64,000 nucleotides of DNA from Armatimonadota bacterium (GTDB lineage: Bacteria > Bacillota > Desulfotomaculia > Desulfotomaculales > Nap2-2B). Under the pieces are notes generated by a model. That model saw nothing but the letters and a program-made list of their open reading frames with translations, was not told the DNA's origin and ran no database searches. The stretch is taken from NCBI GenBank assembly GCA_023511535.1, contig JAIMBK010000004.1:340-64339 (forward strand), given 5' to 3'. This document shows, piece by piece, positions 62,152 through 64,000 of the stretch (its first letter is position 1; each line of letters starts with the position of its first letter). The position numbers and the translations under genes were made by a program.

Positions 62152-63895
62152 TCAAGCCCCCGTGCGCAAAGTTCCGTTAGCCTGCCGGTAGGCAGCCACC
62201 CCGATCACCAGGACAATCACCGCCGAAATTAACAGGTACCAGGCGCCGCCTTTGGCTGCCGCGGCCGCCGCGGCCGCCGCCTTGACCGCCGGCGGGATCA
62301 TTCCCGGAAATACGTACGCCTGGAGCGTGGCGATCACCCCGATGAAGGCGGTGAAAAAGATGCTGTGCCACACGGTGAACCGGAACAGGTCCCCCTCGCG
62401 GCCGATCAGTCCGGTGGAGGAGGCGCCGACCACGATATTTTGCGGGGAAATCATCTTCCCGGCCACACCACCCGCCGAGTTTGTCGCCACCGTAAGAACC
62501 GGATTAATGTTGAGGGATTCCGCTGTCACCTTCTGCATGTTGCAGAACAAAGCGTTCGAGGAGGTGTCGCTGCCGGTGATGAAGACGCCCAGCCAGCCCA
62601 AAAAAGCGGCTACAAAGGGGAAAGCCGCTCCGACCACGGTGAACGCCTTACCCATCGTCGTGGTCATTCCCGACCAGTTGGCCACATAGGCAAAGGCCAA
62701 AACGCAGGCGATGGTCACCAGGGCGAAGCGGAGGTTTTTCAGAGTTTCCCAGAAGATGGCCAGGAACCTGCCCGGTCCCACCCGTAAAATAAATGCTGAA
62801 ACGATTGCTGCAATCAGGATGGAAGTCCCGGTGGCGGCCAGCCAGTTAAACGTATAAACAACGGCCATCGGCTTTCCGCCGACGAGAATCATTTTATCCA
62901 GACCGCTGAAAACGATCGGGATGTTGACCTTGTTTAACAGCGCCTTCACCGGGTTCAAGCCCCAGTCGGCAATTAAAATGGTCAAAACAATGAAGGGGGA
63001 CCAGGCTTTCAAAATCACACCGGGACTGTGCCGGGTGACTTTTAAAGTTGCCGGCGGCTCATCCTGAAAACGCCAGACCTGCCCGGGTTTCCATACCCGC
63101 AGGAATAAAACGAGACAGACGATGGAAAATAGAGAAGACAAAATATCGGGAAGCAAAGGACCCAGGTAATTGGAGGAAAACCACTGCATCAGGGCAAAGG
63201 AGACGCCGCTGACGACAATGGCCGGCATGACTTCCCTGGCCCCCTTCCAGCCGGCCATGATGAACACCAGCCAGAAAGGTACAAAGACCGAAAGAAAAGG
63301 CAGCTGGCGGCCCACCATCTGGCTGATCGGCATAGTGTCCAGGCCGGTCACGCCGCCGGCGGTGATAATGGGAATGCCGATGGCTCCGAAAGCCACCGGG
63401 GAAGTATTGGCAATCAGACAGATGCCGGCCGCGTAGAGGGGGTTGAAACCCAGCCCCACCAGCATGGCCGCCGTGATCGCCACCGGCGTGCCGAAGCCGG
63501 CGGCGCCTTCAATAAACGCGCCAAAGGAAAAAGCGATTAAGAGCGCCTGCAGGCGCCGGTCGTCAGTAATTGCCGCGATAGAATCCTTGATGATTTCAAA
63601 CTGGCCGGTTTTGACGGTGAGGTTGTAAAGAAAAACGGCGGTGACGACAATCCAGCCGATGGGCCAGAGGCCGTACAGGGCTCCGTAAAGGGCGGACCAC
63701 AAGGCATAGTTGGCGGGCATGCCGTAACCCAGGATGGCCACGGCAATGGCCAAAACGATGGTGATGATCCCGGCCGTATGGCCTTTCGTCCGGAAGACGC
63801 CCAAAGCAATAAACATAAAAAATAATCGGAATGGCCGCCACCAGCGAAGATAACCCAAGGTTTCCCAGGGGGTTAAAAGCCTGTGTCCAGGTCAT
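62152..63895 (-). pseudogene. lctP: L-lactate permease (LctP family) with a 1-nt frameshift near codon 27
   Basis: The N-terminus MTWTQAFNPLGNLGLSSLVAAIPII (frame of ORF 63596..63895) continues as FMFIALGVFRTKGHTAG.. (ORF 62152..63858). The frames join if one base of the A6/T6 run at 63817-63822 is removed. Confidence 0.7.
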
Positions 63896-63949
63896 TTGGA
63901 AAAGCCTCCTTTCAAAATAGAAATCTCGCCAGGTAATTTCTGCGGCACC

Positions 63950-63977
63950 ATTAAAGAATAAAGCGGGATAAGGTCAA
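63950..63977 (-). promoter_or_regulatory. Candidate promoter of the lactate operon
   Basis: On the minus strand: TTGACC (63977-72), a 16-nt spacer and TTTAAT (63955-50). The inverted repeat AGAAAT-N11-ATTTCT lies downstream at 63919-63941. Confidence 0.4.
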
Positions 63978-64000
63978 CACCCCCGTCCCTGTGACATTCC

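Noticed and set aside
1-64000. In-frame TGA (selenocysteine) codons joining adjacent same-frame ORFs, prompted by the presence of selC
   Set aside because: Every gene model is accounted for by a complete ORF, or by one of the two frameshifts, which are frame changes rather than TGA read-through. No candidate was seen. A proper SECIS and TGA scan is still advisable.

Overview
By eye this is a roughly 60% GC window with several clearly lower-GC blocks. Its gene content looks like an anaerobic Firmicute: Rex, YhaM and GGAGG-type SD sequences. Almost all genes lie on the minus strand.

Contents from left to right:
1. A lower-GC block with a BamB/BamC-like tungsten AOR-family module (class II benzoyl-CoA reductase type) that runs off the left edge, plus an M24 peptidase.
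2. A GAF histidine kinase and NarL-type regulator pair.
3. A tight 9-gene minus-strand operon: two AMP-forming acyl-CoA ligases, PaaK, a 2-hydroxyacyl-CoA dehydratase-type pair with no activase gene, Hbd, IorAB and a thiolase. A GNAT, a D-2-hydroxyacid dehydrogenase and three transporters (TRAP, SSS, MFS) follow.
4. tRNA-Leu(GAG) with a consensus promoter, then an integrase-less islet of toxin-antitoxin modules and decayed gene fragments.
5. MBL hydrolase, YhaM, larE-larB-larC without larA, adenine deaminase, YjbQ, a TIGR00725/LOG-like protein and Rex.
6. A contiguous 10-gene siroheme-dependent (Ahb) heme biosynthesis cluster.
7. Polyprenyl synthase, a MaoC dehydratase, tRNA-Sec (selC), a frameshifted EamA transporter, cdd and dgkA.
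8. A GntR regulator and a D-/L-lactate utilisation cluster (lctP, glcD, glcF-like, lutC, lutB-lutA fusion).

The most unusual observations:
- A 256-bp inverted-repeat (MITE-like) element sits between two diverged tandem copies of the lutC translation-initiation region.
- The dehydratase operon lacks an activase and sits in the same window as BamBC, IorAB and PaaK.
- Several families of short tandem or palindromic intergenic repeats recur across the window.
- The first gene of the lactate operon and the EamA gene each carry a single-base frameshift.

All similarity calls come from reading the translated ORFs. No database search was run.
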